From the human T2T-CHM13v2.0 reference genome, Homo sapiens, in NCBI RefSeq assembly GCF_009914755.1, contig NC_060933.1: 64,000 bases of DNA, one strand, 5' to 3'. This document shows positions 13,651 to 29,620 of the stretch, piece by piece; position 1 is the stretch's first letter; every line of letters begins with the position of its first letter. The translations under genes and the position numbers were made by a program. The notes below the pieces were generated by a model, which was given only the letters and a program-made list of their open reading frames with translations, was not told the origin of the DNA and did not search any database.

Positions 13651-16600
13651 GAATGGAATGGAATGCAATGGAATGGAATCATCCGTAATGGAATGGAAAG
13701 GAATGGAATGGAATGGAATGGAATGGAATGGAATGGATTCAACTCGATTGCAATCGAATGGAATGGAATGGAATTAACCCGAATAGAATGGAATGGAATG
13801 GAATGGAACGGAACGGAACGGAATGGAATGGAATGGAATGGAATGGAATGGAACGGAAAGGAATGGAATGGAATGGAATGGAATGGATTGGAATGGAATG
13901 GAATGGAATGGAATCAACGCGAGTGCAGGGGAATGGAATGTAATGGAATGCAATGGAATGGAATCTTCCGGAATGGAATGGAATGGAATGGAATAAACCC
14001 GAGTGCAATGGAATGGAGTGGAATGGAATGGAATGGAATGGAACAACCCGAATGGAATCGAATATAATGGAGAGTAAGGGAGTTGCATAGAATCAAACCG
14101 AATGTAATGGAATGGAATGGAACGGAATGGAATGGAATGGAATGCAATGGAATGGAATCAACCCGAGTACAATGGAATGGAATGGAATGGAAAGGAATGG
14201 AATGGAATGGAATGGAATGGAATCATCCGGAATGGAATGGAATGGAATGGAATCAACCCGAGTGCAATTGAATGGAGTGAAATGGAATGGAATGGAATGG
14301 AAACAAGCAGAATGGATTGAAATATAATGGAGTGTAAGGGAATTGAATAGAATCAATCTGAATGTAATGAAATGGAATGGAACGGAATGGAATGGAATGG
14401 AATGGAATGGAATGCAATGGAATGGAATCAACCCGAGTGCAATCGAATGGAATCGAATGGAATGGATTGCAATGGAATGGATTCAACTTGAATGGAAAGG
14501 AAAGAATGGAATCAACACGAGTGGAATGGCATGGATTGGAATGGAATGGAATGGAATCAACCCGAGTACGCGGGAATGGAATGGAATGGAATGCAATGGA
14601 ATGGAATCATCCGTAATGGAATGGAAAGGAATGGAATGGAATGGAATGGAATGGAATGGAATGGAATGGAATCAACTCGATTGCAATCGAATGGAATGCA
14701 ATGGAATTAACCCGAATAGAATGGAATGGAATGGAATGGAACGGAACGGAATGGAATGGAATGGAATGGAATGGAACTGAAAGGAATGAAATGGAATGGA
14801 ATGGAATGGAATGGAATGGAATGGAATGGAATCAACGCGAGTGCAGGGGAATGGAATGGAATCGAATGGAATGGAATGGAATGGAATGGAATCAACGCGA
14901 GTGCAGGGGAATGTAATGGAACGGAATGCAATGGAATGGAATCATCCGGGATGGAATGGAATGGAATGGAATGGAATGGAATGGAATGGAATCAACCCGA
15001 GTGCAATGGAATGGAGTGGAATGCAATGGAATGGAATGGACCAACCCGAATGGAATGGAATGTAATGGAGAGGAATGGAGTTGAATAGAATCAATCCGAA
15101 TGTAATGGAATGGAATGCAACCGAATGCAATGGAATGGAATTGAATGGAATGGAATGCAATGGAATGGAATCAACCCGAGTACAATGGAATGGAATGGAA
15201 TGGAATGGAATGGAATGGAATGGAATGGAATGGAATGATACGGAATAGAATGGAATGGAACGAAATGGAATGGAATGGAATGGAATGGAATGGAATGGAA
15301 TGGAATGGAATCAACCCGAGTGCAGTGGAATGTAATGGAACGGAATGCAATGGAATGGAATCATCCGGAATGGAATGGAATGGAATGGAATGGAATGGAA
15401 TGGAATGGAATCAACTCGATTGCAATCGAATGGAATGGAATGGAATTAACCCGAATAGAATGGAATGGAATGGAATGGAACGGAACGGAAGGGAATGGAA
15501 TGGAATGGAATGGAATGGAACGGAACGGAACGGAACGGAACGGAACGGAATGGAATGGAATGGAATGGAATGGAATGGAATCAACGTGAGTGCAGTTGAA
15601 TGGAATGGAATGCAATGCAATGGAATGGAATCTTCCGGAATGGAATGGAATGGAATGGAAAAGAATGGAATGCAATGCAATGGATTCAACTCGATTGCAA
15701 TGGAATGGAATAGAATGGAATGGAATGGAATGGAATTAACCCGAATAGAATGGAATGGAATGGAATGGAAAGGAATGGAAGGGAATGGAATGGAATGGAA
15801 TGGAATGGTATGGAATGGGATGGAATTAACCCAAATAGAATGGAATGGAATGGAATGGAAAGGAATGGAATGGAATGGAATGGAATGGAATGGAATGGTA
15901 GGGAATGGAATGGAATGGAATGGTACGGAATAGAATGGAATGGAAAGAATTGGAATGGAATGGAATCGAATGGAATGGAATGCAATGGAATAGAATCAAC
16001 GCGAGTGCAGGGGAGTGAAATGGAATTGAATGCAATGGAATGGAATCATCCGAAATGGAATGGAATGGAATGGAATGGAATGGAATGGAATCAACCCGGC
16101 TGCAATGGAATGGAGTGGAATGGAATGGAATCGAATGGAACAACACGAATGGAATGGAATGTAATGGAGAGTAACGGAGTTGAATAGAATCAATCCGAAT
16201 GTAATGGAATGGAATGGAACGGAATGGAATGGAATGGAATGGAATACAATGGAATGGAATCAACCCGAGTACAATGGAATGGAATGGAATGGAATGGAAT
16301 GGAATGGAATGGAATGGAATGGAATGGAATGGAATTGAATGGAATGGAATGACTTCAAACCGAATGGAATGGAAAGGAATGGAATCAACACGAGTGGAAT
16401 GGAATGGAATGGAATGGAATGGAATGGTACGGAATAGAATGGAATGGAACGAAATGGAATGGAATGGAATGGAATGGAATGGAATGGAATGGAATGGAAC
16501 GGAATGGAATGGAATGGAATGGAATGGAATGGAATGGAATCGTTCCGAGTGGAATAGGAGGGAATGTATTCTAGTAGAGTGGAAAGGAATGTAATCAACC

Positions 16601-17430
16601 AGAGTGGAATGGAAGGGAATGGAATGGAATGGAAACTAATAGAATGGAATCAACCCGAGTGGAATGGAATGGAAAGGACTGAATGGAATGGAATTGAATG
16701 GAATGGAATCAACTCGATTGTAATGGAATGGAATGGAATGGAATGGAATGGAATGGAATGGAATGGAATGGAATGGAATTAACCCGAATACAATGGAATG
16801 GAATGGAATGGAACGGAAGGGAGTGGAATGGAATGGAATAAACCCGAGTGCAGGGGAATGGAATGGAATGGAATGCAATGGAATGGAATCATCCGGAATG
16901 GAATGGAATGGAATGGAATGCAAAGCAATGGAATCAACTCGATTGCAATGGAATGGAATGGAATGGAAAGGAATAGAATGGAATCAACCCGAGTGGAATG
17001 GAATGGAAAGGACTGGAATGGAGTGGAATGAAATGGAATGGAATGGAATGGAATCAACTCGATTGGAATGGAATGGAATGGAATGGAATGGAATGGAATG
17101 GAATGGAATGGAATGGAATTAACCCGAATAGAATGGAATGGAATGGAATGGAACGGAATGGAATGGAATGGAATGGAATGGAATGGAATGGAATGGAAAC
17201 ATCCCGAATGGAATGGAATGTAATGGAGTGTAAGGGAATTGAATAGAATCAATCCGAATGTAATGGAATGGAATGGAATGAAATGGAATGGAATGGAATG
17301 GAATGCAATCAACCAGAGTGCAATGGAATGGATTCGAATGGAAAGGAATGGAATGGAATGGATTCAAGAAGAGTGGAATGGAAAGGAATGGAATCAACCC
17401 GAGTGTAATGGCATGGAATGGAATAGAATG

Positions 17431-17530
17431 GAATGGGATGGAATGGAATGTTACGGAATAGAATGGAATGGAATGAAATGGAATGGGATGGTATGGAATG
17501 TTACGGAATAGAATGGAATGGAATGAAATG
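17431..17530 (+). repeat. 50-bp tandem duplication
   Basis: GAATGGGATGG[A/T]ATGGAATGTTACGGAATAGAATGGAATGGAATGAAATG at 17431 and 17481, with one mismatch. Confidence 0.85.
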
Positions 17531-20500
17531 GAATGGAATGGAATGGAATGAAATGGAGTGGAATTGAATGGAATGAACCCGTGTGCAATGGAATGGAATG
17601 GAATGGAATGGAATGGATTCAACTCGAATGGAATCAACTCGATTGCAATGGAATGGAATGGAATGGAAAGGAATAGGATGGAATCAACCCGAGTGGAATG
17701 AAATGGAAAGGACTGGAATGGAGTGGAATGGAATGGAATGGAATTAACCCGAATAGAATGGAATGGAATGGAATGGAACGGAATGTAATGGAATGGAATG
17801 GAATGGAATGGAATGGAACGGAAAGGATCGGAACAGAATGGAATGGAATGGAATGGAATGGAATGGAATGGAATGGAATCAACGCGAGTGCAGGGGAATG
17901 GAATGGAATGGAATGCAATGGAATGGAATCTTCCGGAATGGAATGGAATGGAATGGAATGGAATGCAATGGATTCAACTCGATTGCAATGGAATGGAATG
18001 GAATGGAATGGAATGGAATGGAATGGAATGGAGTGGAATGGAATCAACTCGATTTCAATGGAATGGAATGGAATGGAATGGAATCAACTCGATTGCAATC
18101 GAATGGAATGGAATGGAATTAACCCGAATAGAATGGAATGGAATGGAATGGAACGGAACGGAATGGAATGGAATGGAATGGAACGGAACGGAAAGGAATG
18201 GAATGGAATGGAATGGAATGGAATGGAAAGGAATGGAATGGAATCAACGCGAGTGCAGGGGAATGGAATGGAATGGAATGCAATGGAATGGAATCTTCCG
18301 GAATGGAATGGAATGGAATGGAATGGAATGAAATGCAATGGATTCAACTCGATTGCAATGGAATGGAACAGAATTGAATGGAATGGAATGGAATGGAATG
18401 GAATGGAATTAACCAGAATAGAATGGAATGGAACGGAATGGAATGGAATGGAATGGAATGGTATGGAATGGAATGGAATGGTACGGAATAGAATGGAATG
18501 GAACGAATTGTAATGGAATGGAATTGAATGGAATGGAATGGAATGGAATGGAATCAACGCGAGTGCAGGGGAATGTTATGGAACGGAATGCAATGGAATG
18601 GAGTCATCCGGAATGGAATGGAATGGAATGGAATGGAATGGAATGGAATCAACCTGAGTGCAATGGAATGGAGTGGAATGGAAAGGAATGGAATGGAACA
18701 ACCCGAATGGAATGGAATGTAATGGAGAGTAAGGGAGTTGAATAGAATCAATCCGAATGTAATGGAATGGAATGCAACGTAATGGAATGGAATGGAATGG
18801 AATGGAATGGCATGGAATTAACTCGATTGTAATGGAATGGAATGGAATGGAATGGAATGGAATGGAATGGAATGGAATGGAATGAAATTAACCCGAATAC
18901 AATGGAATGGAATGGAATGGAACGGAATGGAGTGGAATGGAATGGAATCAAACCGAGTGCAGGGGAATGGAATGGAATGGAATGCAATGGAATGGAATCA
19001 TCCGGAATGGAATGGAATGGAATGGAATGCAAAGCAAGGGAATCAAATCGATTGCAATGGAATGGAATGGAATGGAAAGGAATAGAATGGAATCAACCCG
19101 AGTGGAATGGAATGGAAAGGACTGGAATGGAGTGGAATGGAATGGAATGCAACGGAATGGAATGGAATGGAATCAACTCGATTGGAATGGAATGGAATGG
19201 AATGGAATGGAATGGAATGGAATGGAATGGAATTAACCCGAATAGAATGGATTGGAATGGAATGGAACGGAATGGAATGGAATGGAATGGAAAGGAATGG
19301 AATCAACCAGACTGCAGGGGAATGGGATGGAATGGAATGCAATGTAATGGAATCATCCGGAACTTAATGGAATGGAATGGAATGGAATCAACTTGATTGC
19401 AATGGAATGGAATGGAATGGAATGGAATGGAATGGAATGGAATGGAATGGAATTCACCCGAATAGAATGGAATGGAATGTAATGGAAAGGAATGGAAAGG
19501 AATGGAATGGAATGTAATCAACCCGAGTGCAAGGGAATGGAATTGAATGGAATGCAATGGAATGGAATCATCCGGAATGGAATGGAATGGAATGGAATGG
19601 AATCAACCCGATGCAATGGAATGGAGTGGAATAGAATGGAATGGAATGGAAACATCCCGAATGGAATGGAATCTAATGGAGTGTAAGGGAATTGAATAGA
19701 ATCAATCCGAATGAAATGGAATGGAACGGAATGAAATGGACTGGAATGGAATGGAATGGAATCAATCCGAGTGCAATGGAATGGATTCTAATGGAATGGA
19801 ATGGAATGGAATGGAATGGATTCAACAAGAATGGAATGGAAAGGAATGGAATCCACCCGAGTGTAATGTCATGGCATGGAATGGGATGGAATGGGATGGA
19901 ATGGAATGGTACGGAATAGAATGGAATGGAATGAAATGGAATGGAATGGAATGGAATGGAATGGAATGGAATGGAATGAACCCGTGTCCAATGGAAAGGA
20001 ATGGAATGGAATGGAATGGATTCAACTCCAATGGAATCAACTCGATTGCAAAGGAATGGAATGGAAAGGAAAGGAATAGAATGGAATCAACCCGAGTGGA
20101 ATGGAATGGAAAGGACTGGAATGGAGTGGAATGGAATGGAATGGAATGGAATCAAATCGATTGGAATGGAATGGAATGGAATGGAATCAACTCGATTGCA
20201 ATGGAATTGAATGGAATGGAATGGAATGGAAGTAACACGAATAGAATGGAATGGAATGGAATGGAACGGAATGTAATGGAATGGAATGGAATGGAATCAA
20301 CCCGAGTGCAGGGGAAAGGAATGGAATGGAATGCAATGGAATGGAATCATCCGGAATGGAATGGAATGGAATGGAATGGAATGGAATGGAATCAACTCGA
20401 TTTCAATGGAATGGAATGGAATGGAATGGAATCAACTCGATTGCAATCGAATGGAATGGAATGTAATTAACCAGAATAGAATGGAATGGAATGGAATGGA

Positions 20501-21902
20501 ACGGAACGGAATGGAATGGAATGGAATGGAATGGAATGTAATGGAACGCAACGGATTGGAATGGAATGGAATGGAATGGAATGGAATGAAATGGAATGGA
20601 ATTAACCCGAATACAATGGAATGGAATGGAATGAAATGGAACGGAATGGAGTGGAATGGAATGGAATCAACCCGAGTTCAGGGGAATGGAATGGAATGGA
20701 ATGCAGTGGAATGGAATCTTCCGGAATGGAATGGAATGGAGTGAAATGCAATGGATTCAACTCGATTGCAATGGAATGGAATAGAATGGAATGGAATGGA
20801 ATGGAATGGAATGGAATGGAATTAACCCGAATAGAATGGAATTGAACGGAATGGAATGGAATGGAATGGAATGGTATGGAATGGAATGGAATGGAATGGA
20901 ATCAACCCGGGTACAGGGGAATGGAATGGAATGGAATGCAATGGAATGGAATCATCCATAATGGAATGGATAGGAATGGAATGGAATGGAAGGGAATGGA
21001 ATGGAATGGAATGGAATGGAATCAACTCGATTGCAATCGAATGGAATGGAATGGAGTTAACCCGAATAGAATGGAATGGAATGGAATGGAACGGAACGGA
21101 ATGGAATGGAATGGAATGGAATGGAATGGAACAGAAAGGAATGGAATGGAATGGAATGGAATGGAATGGAATGGAATTAACGCGAGTGCAGGGGAATGGA
21201 ATGGAATGGAATGCAATGGAATGGAATCTTCCGGAATGGAATGGAATGGAATGGAATGAAATGGAATGGAATTAACCCGAATACAATGGAATGGAATGGA
21301 ATGGAACGGAATGGAGTGGAATGGAATGGAATCAACCCGAGTTCAGGGGAATGGAATGGAATGGAATGCAGTGGAATGGAATCTTCCGGAATAGAATGGA
21401 ATGGAGTGAAATGCAATGGATTCAACTCGATTGCAATGGAATGGAATAGAATGGAATGGAATGGAATGGAATGGAATGGAATGGAATGGAATGGAATTAA
21501 CCCGAATAGAATGGAATGGAACGGAATGGAACGGAATGGAATGGAATGGTATGGAATGGAATGGAATGGTACGGAATAGAATGGAATGGAACGAATTGTA
21601 ATGGAATGGAATTGAATGGAATGGAATGGAATGGAATGGAATGGAATGGAATGGAATGCAATGCAATGGAATGGAATCAAACCGAGTACAATGGAATGGA
21701 ATGGAATGGAATGGAATGGAATGGAATGGCTTCAAACCGAATGGAATGGAAAGGAATGGAATAAACACGAGTGGAATGGAATGGAATGGAATGGAATGGA
21801 ATGGAATGGAATGGAATGGTACGGAATAGAATGGAATGGAACGAAATGGAATGGAATGGAATGGAATGTTATGGAATGGAATGGAAAGGAATGGAAAGGA
21901 AT

Positions 21903-24900
21903 CGTTCCGAGTGGAATAGGAGGGAATGTATTCGAGTGGAATGGAAAGGAATGGAATCAACCAGAGTGGAATGGAAGGGAATGGAATGGAATGGAAACTA
22001 ATAGAATGGAATCAACCCGAGTGGAATGGAATGGAAATTAATGGAATGGAATGGAATGGAATCAACTCGATTGGAATGGAATGGAATGGAATGGAATGGA
22101 ATGGAATGGAATTGAATCAAATTAACCCGAATACGATGGAATGGAGTGGAATGGAACGGAATGGAGTGGAATGGAATGGAATCAAACAGAGTGCAGGGGA
22201 ATGGAATTGAATGGAATGCAATGGAATGGAATCATCCGGAATGGAATGGAATGGAATGGAATGCAAAGCAATGGAATCAAATCGATTGCAATGGAATGGA
22301 ATGGAATGGAAAGGAATAGAATGGAATCAACCCGAGTGGAATGGAATGGAGAGGACTGGAATGGAGTGGAATGGAATGGACTGGACTGGAATGGAATGGA
22401 ATGGAATCAACTCGATTGGACTGGAATGGAAAGGAACGGAATGGAATGGAATGGAATAGAATGGAATTAACCCGAATAGAATGGAATGGAATGGAATGGA
22501 ATGCAATGGAATGGAAACAACCCGACTGCAATCGAATGGAATCGAATGGAATGGAATGCAATGGAATGGATTCAACTTGAATGGAATGGAAAGAATGGAA
22601 TCAACACGAGTGGAATGGCATGGATTGGAATGGAATGGAATGGAATCAACCCGAGTACAGGGGAATGGAATGGAATGGAATACAATGGAATGGAATCATC
22701 TGTAATGGAATGGAAAGTAATGGAATGAAATGGAATGGAATGGAATGGAATGGAATGGAATGGAAGTAACTCGATTGCAATCGAAAGGAATGGAATGGAA
22801 TTAACCCGAATAGAATGGAACGGAATGGAATGGAACGGAACGGAACGGAATGGAATGGAATGGAATGGAATGGAATGGAATGGAAGGGAACGGAACGGAA
22901 CGGAACGGAATGGAATGGAATGGAATGGAATGGAATGGAATGGAATCAACGCGAGTGCAGGGGAATGGATTGGAATGGAATACAATGGAATGGAATCTTC
23001 CGGAATGGAATGGAATGGAATGGAAAGGAATGGAATGCAATGCAATGGATTCAACTCGATTGCAATGGAATGGAATAGAATGGAATGGAATGGAATGGAA
23101 TGTAATTAACCCGAATAGAATGGAATGGAATGGAATGGAAAGGAATGGAAGGGAATGGAATGGAATGGAATGGAATGGAAAGCTATGGAATGGAATGGAA
23201 TCGAATGGTACGGAATAGAATGGAATGGAACGAATTGGAAAGGAATGGAATGGAATGGAATCAACCCGAGTGGAATGGAATGGAGTGGAATGGAATAGAA
23301 TGGAATGGAATGGAACAACCCGAATGGAATGGAATGTAATGGAGAGTAAGGGAGTTGAATAGAATCAATCCGAATGTAATGGAATGTAATGGAACGGAAA
23401 GGAATGGAATGCAATGGAATGGAATCAACCCGAGTACAATGGAATGGAATGGAATGGAATGGAATGGTATGGAATGGAATGGAATTGAATGGAATGGAAT
23501 GACTTCAAACCGAATGGAATGGAAAGGAATGGAATCAACACGAGTGGAATGGAATGGAATGGAATGGAATGGAGTGTAAGGGAATTGAATAGAATCAATC
23601 CGTATGTAATGGAATGGAATGGAATGAAATGGAATGGAATGGAATGGAATGGAATCAACCCGAGTGCAATGGAATGGATTCGAATGGAATGGAATGGAAT
23701 GGATTCAAGAAGAATGGAATGGAAAGGAATGGAATCAACCCGAGTGTAATGGCATGGAATGGAATGGAATGGAATGGGATGGAATGGAATGTTACGGAAT
23801 AGAATGGAATGGAATGAAATGGAATGGAATGGAATGGAATGAAATGGAATGGAATGGAATGGAATGAACCCGTGTGCAATGGAATGGAATGGAATGGAAT
23901 GGATTCAGCTCGAATGGAATCAACTCGATTGCAATGGAATGGAATGGAATGGAAAGGAATAGAATGGAATCAACCCGAGTGGAATGGAATGGAAAGGACT
24001 GGAATGGAGTGGAATGGAATGGAATGGAATTAACCCGAATAGAATGGAATGGAATGGAATGGAACGGAATGTAATGGAATGGAATGGAATGGAATCAACC
24101 CGAGTGCAGGGGATTGGAATGGAATGGAATGCAATGGAATGGAATCATCCGAAATGGAATGGAAAGGAATGGAATGGAATGGAATGGAATGGAATGGAAT
24201 GGAATGGAATGGAATCAACTCGATTGCAATCGAATGGAATGGAATGGAATTAACCCAAATAGAATGGAATGGAACGGAATGGAACGGAACGGAATGGAAT
24301 GTAATGGAATGGAATGGAACGGAAAGGAATGGAATGGAATGGAATGGAATGGAATGGAATGGAATCAACGCGAGTGCAGGGGAATGGAATGGATTCAAAT
24401 GGAATGGAATGGAATGGAATGCAATCAACCCAAGTGCAGGGGAATGTAATGGAACGGAATGCAATGGAATGGAATCATCCGGAATGGAATGGAATGGAAT
24501 GGAATGGAATGGAATGGAATGCAATGGAATGGAATGGAGTGGAATGGAATGGAATGGAATGGAATGTAGTGGAATGGAATGGAATGGAATGGAACAACCC
24601 GAATTGAATGGAATGTAATGGAGAGTAAGGGAGTTGAATAGAATCAATCCGAATATAATGGCATGGAATGGAACGGAATGGAATGGAATGGAATGGAATG
24701 GAATGGAATGCAATGGAATGGAATCAACCCGAGTAGAATGGAATGGAAAGGAATGGAATGGAATGGAAATGAATGGAATGGAATCAACCCGAGTGCAATG
24801 GAATGGAGAGGAATGGAATGGAATGGAATGGAAAGTACCCGAATGGAATGGAATGTAATGGAGTGTAAGGGAATTGAATAGAATCAATCCGAATGTAATG

Positions 24901-26303
24901 GAATGGAATGGAACGGAATGGAATGGAATGGAATGGAATGGAATGGAATGGAATGCAATGCAATGGAATCAACCTGACTGCAATCGAATGGAATCGAATG
25001 GAATGGAATGCAATGGAATGGATTCAACTTGAATGGAATGGAAAGAATGGAATCAACACGAGTGGAATGGCATGGATTGGAATGGAATGGAATGGAATCA
25101 ACACGAGTAAAGGGGAATGGAATGGAATGGCATGCAATGGAATGGAATCATCTGTAATGGAATGGAAAGGAATGGAATAGAATGGAATGGAACGGAAATC
25201 CATGGAATGGAATCAACTCGATTGCAATCGAAAGGAATGGAATGGAATTAAACCGAATAGAACGGAATGGAATGGAATGGAACGGAACGGAATGGAATGG
25301 AATGGAATGGAAAGGAATGGAATGGAATGGAACGGAACGGGACGGAATGGAATGGAATGGAATGGAATGGAATGGAATGGAATCAACGCGAGTGCAGGGG
25401 AATGGAATGGAATGGAATGCAATGGAATGGAATCTTCCGGAATGGAATGGAATGGAATGGAATGGAATCAACTCGATTTCAATGGAATGGAATGGAATGG
25501 AATGGAATCAACTCGATTTCAATGGAATGGAATGGAATGGAATGGAATCAACTCGATTGCAATCGAATGGAATGGAATGTAATTAACCCGAATAGAATGG
25601 AATGGAATGGAATGGAACGGAACGGAATGGAATGGAATGGAATGGAATGGAATGTAATGGAACGCAACGGAATGGAATGGAATGTAATGGAATGGAATGG
25701 AATGAAATGGAATGGAATTAACCCGAATACAAGGGAATGGAATGGAACGGAATGGAGTGGAATGGAATGGAATCAACCCGAGTTCAGGGGAATGGAATGG
25801 AATGGAATGCAGTGGAATGGAATCTTCCGGAATGGAATGGAATGGAGTGAAATGCAATGGATTCAACTCGATTGCAATGGAATGGAATAGAATGGAATGG
25901 AATGGAATGGAATGGAATGGAATTAACCCGAATAGAATGGAATGGAACGGAATGGAACGGAATGGAATGGAATGGTATGGAATGGAATGGAATGGTACGG
26001 AATAGAATGGAATAGAACGAATTGTAATGGAATGGAATTGAATGGAATGGAATGGAATGGAATGGAATGGAATGGAATGGAATGGAATGCAATGGAATGG
26101 AATCAAACCGAGTACAATGGAATGGAATGGAATGGAATGGCTTCAAACCGAATGGAATGGAAAGGAATGGAATCAACACGAGTGGAATGGAATGGAATGG
26201 AATGGAATGGAATGGAATGGAATGGTACGGAATAGAATGGAATGGAACGAAATGGAATGGAATGGAATGGAATGGAATGGAATGGAATGGAATGGAAAGG
26301 AAT
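21903..26303 (+). repeat. ~4.4-kb higher-order repeat unit (older copy)
   Basis: Delimited by the CGTTCCGAGTGGAATAGGAGGGAATGTATTCGAG marker at 21903 and 26304. Contains the unit markers GACTTCAAACCG, TTCAAGAAG, TTCAGCTCG, GGATTCAAATGG, AAAGTACCCG, GGAAATCCATGG and GGCTTCAAACCG in the same order as the later units. Confidence 0.85.
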
Positions 26304-26869
26304 CGTTCCGAGTGGAATAGGAGGGAATGTATTCGAGTGGAATGGAAAGGAATGGAATCAACCAGAGTGGAATGGAAGGGAATGGAATGGAATAGAAACT
26401 AATAGAATGGAATCAACCCGAGTGGAATGGAATGGAAAGGAATGGAATGGAATGGAATGGAATCAACTCGATTGGAATGGAATGGAATGGAATGGAATGG
26501 AATGGAATGGAATGGAATCAAATTAACCCGAATACGATGGAATGGAGTGGAATGGAACGGAATGGAGTGGAATGGAATGGAATCAAACAGAGTGCAGGGG
26601 AATGGAATTGAATGGAATGCAATGGAATGGAATCATCCGGAATGGAATGGAATGGAATGGAATGCAAAGCAATGGAATCAAAACGATTGCAATGGAATGG
26701 AATGGAATGGAAAGGAATAGAATGGAATCAACCCGAGTGGAATGGAATGGAAAGGACTGGAATGGAGTGGAATGGAACGGACTGGACTGGAATGGAATGG
26801 AATGGAATCAACTCGATTGGAATGGAATGGAATGGAACGGAATGGAATGGAATGGAATAGAATGGAATT

Positions 26870-29620
26870 AACCCGAATAGAATGGAATGGAATGGAATGG
26901 AACGGAATGGAACGGAATGGAATGGAATGGAAAGGACCGAATGGAATGGAATGGAATGGAATGGAATCAACTCGATTGTAATGGAATGGAATGGAATGGA
27001 ATGGAATGGAATGGAATGGAATTAACCCGAATACAATGGAATGGAATGGAATGGAATGGAATGGAGTGGAATGGAATGGAATCAACCCGAGTTCAGGGGA
27101 ATGGAACGGAATGGAATGCAATGGAATGGAATCATCCGGAATGGAATGGAATGGAATGGAATGCAAAGCAATGGAATCAACTCGATTGCAATGGAATGGA
27201 ATGGAATGGAAAGGAATAGAATGGAATCAACCCGAGTGGAATGGAAAGGAAAGGACTGGAATGGAGTGGAATGAAATGGAATGGAATGGAATGGAATCAA
27301 CTCGATTGGAATGGAATGGAATGGAATGGAATGGAATGGAATGGAATGGAATTAAACCGAATAGAATGGAATGGAATGGAATAGAACTTAATGGAATGGA
27401 ATGGAATGGAATGGAATGGAATGGAATGGAATCAACCCGACTGCAGCGGAATGGAATGGAATGGAATGCAATGGAATGGAATCATCCGGAACGGAATGGA
27501 ATGGAATGGAATGGAATCAACTCGATTGCAATGGAATGGAATGGAATGGAATGGAATGGAATTAACCCGAATAGAATGGAATGGAATGGAATGGAAAGGA
27601 ATGGAAGGGAATGGAATGGAATGTAATCAACCCGAGTGCAGGGGAATGGAATGGAATGGAATGCAATGGAATGGAATCATCCGGAATGGAATGGAATGGA
27701 ATGGAATGCAATCATCCCGATGCAGTGGAATGGAGTGGAATGGAATGGAATGGAATGGAAACATCCCGAATGGAATGGAATGTAACGGAGTGTAAGGGAA
27801 GTGAATAGAATCAATCCGAATGTAATGGAAAGGAATGGAATGAAATGGAATGGAATGGAATGGAATGGAATCAACCCGAGTGCAATGGAATGGATTCGAA
27901 TGGAATGGAATGGAATGGAATGGATTCAAGAAGAATGGAATAGAAAGGAATGGAATCAACCCGAGTGTAACGGCATGGAATGGAATGGAATGGAATGGGA
28001 TGGAATGGAATGGTACGTAATAGAATGGAATGGAATGAAATGGAATGGAATGGAATGGAATGAAATGGAGTGGAATTGAATGGAATGAACCCGTGTGCAA
28101 TGGAATGGAATGGAATGGAATGGAATGGAATGGATTCAACTCGAATGGAATCAACTCGATTGCAATGGAATGGAATGGAATGGAAAGGAATAGAATGGAA
28201 TCAACCCGAGTGGAATGAAATGGAAAGGACTGGAATGGAGTGGAATGGAATGGAATGGAATTAACCCGAATAGAATGGAATGGAATGGAATGGAACGGAA
28301 TGTAATGTAATGGAATGGAATGGAATCAACCCGAGTGCAGGGGAATGGAATGGAATGGAATTCAATGGAATGGAATGGAATGGAATCAACTCGATTTCAA
28401 TGGAATGGAATGGAATAGAATGGAATGGAATTAACACGAATAGAAAGGAATGGAATGGAATGGAATGGAACAGAAAGGAATGGAATGGAATGGAATCGAA
28501 TCAACCCAAGTGCAGGGGAATGGAATGGAATGGAATTCAATGGAATGGAATAATCCGGAATGGAATGGAATGGAATGGAATGGAACGGAATGGAATGGAA
28601 TGTAATGGAATGGAATGGAATCAACCCGAGTGCAATGGAATGGAGAGGAATGGAATGGAATGGAATGGAAACTACCCGAATGGAATGGAATGTAATGGAG
28701 TGTAAGGGAATTGAATAGAATCAATCCGAATGAAATGGAATGGAACGGAATGAAATGGACTGGAATGGAATGGAATGGAATCAATCCGAATGTAAAGGAA
28801 TGGAATGGAATGAAATGGAATGGAATGGAATGGAATCAACCCGAGTGCAATAGAATGGAGTGAAATGGAATGGAATGGAATGGAAACAACCAGAATGGAT
28901 TGGAATATAATGGAGTGTAAGGGAATTGAATAGAATCAATCTGAATGTAATGAAATGGAATGGAACGGAATGGAATGGAATGGAATGCAATGGAATGGAA
29001 TCAACCCGAGTGCTATCGAATGGAATCGAATGGAATGGAATGCAATGGAATGGATTCAACTTGAATGGAATGGAAAGAATGGAATCAACAGGAGTGGAAT
29101 GGCATGGATTGGAATGGAATGGAATGGAATCAACCAGGGTACAGGGGAATGGAATGGAATGGAATGCAATGGAATGGAATCATCCGTAATGGAATGGAAA
29201 GGAATGGAATGGAATGGAATGGAATAGAATGGAATGGAATGGAATGGAATCAACTCGATTGCAATCGAATGGAATGGAATGGAGTTTACCCGAATAGAAT
29301 GGAATGGAATGGAATGGAACGGAATGGAATTGAATGGAATGGAATGGAATGGAATGGAATGGAATGGAACAGAACGGAATGGAATGGAATGGAATGGAAT
29401 GGAATGGAATTAACGCGAGTGCAGGGGAATGGAATGGAATGGAATGCAATGGAATGGAATCTTCCGGAATGAAATGGAATGGAATGGAGTTGAATGGAAT
29501 GGAATGGAATGGAATGGAATCAACCCGAGTACAGGGGAATGGAATGGAATGTAATGCAATGGAATGGAATCATCCGTAATGGAATGGAAAGGAATGGAAT
29601 GGAATGGAATGGAATGGAAT
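26870..29620 (+). repeat. Spacer block X, copy 1 (copy 2 at ~53650-56260; offset ~26,650)
   Basis: Shared rare variants: GAACTTAATGG, CGACTGCAGCGG, GGTACGTAATAG, TGCTATCGAA (29011/55661) and CAACAGGAGTGG. Matching ORF-track products at 27801/54456, 28781/55431 and 28926/55576. Confidence 0.85.
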
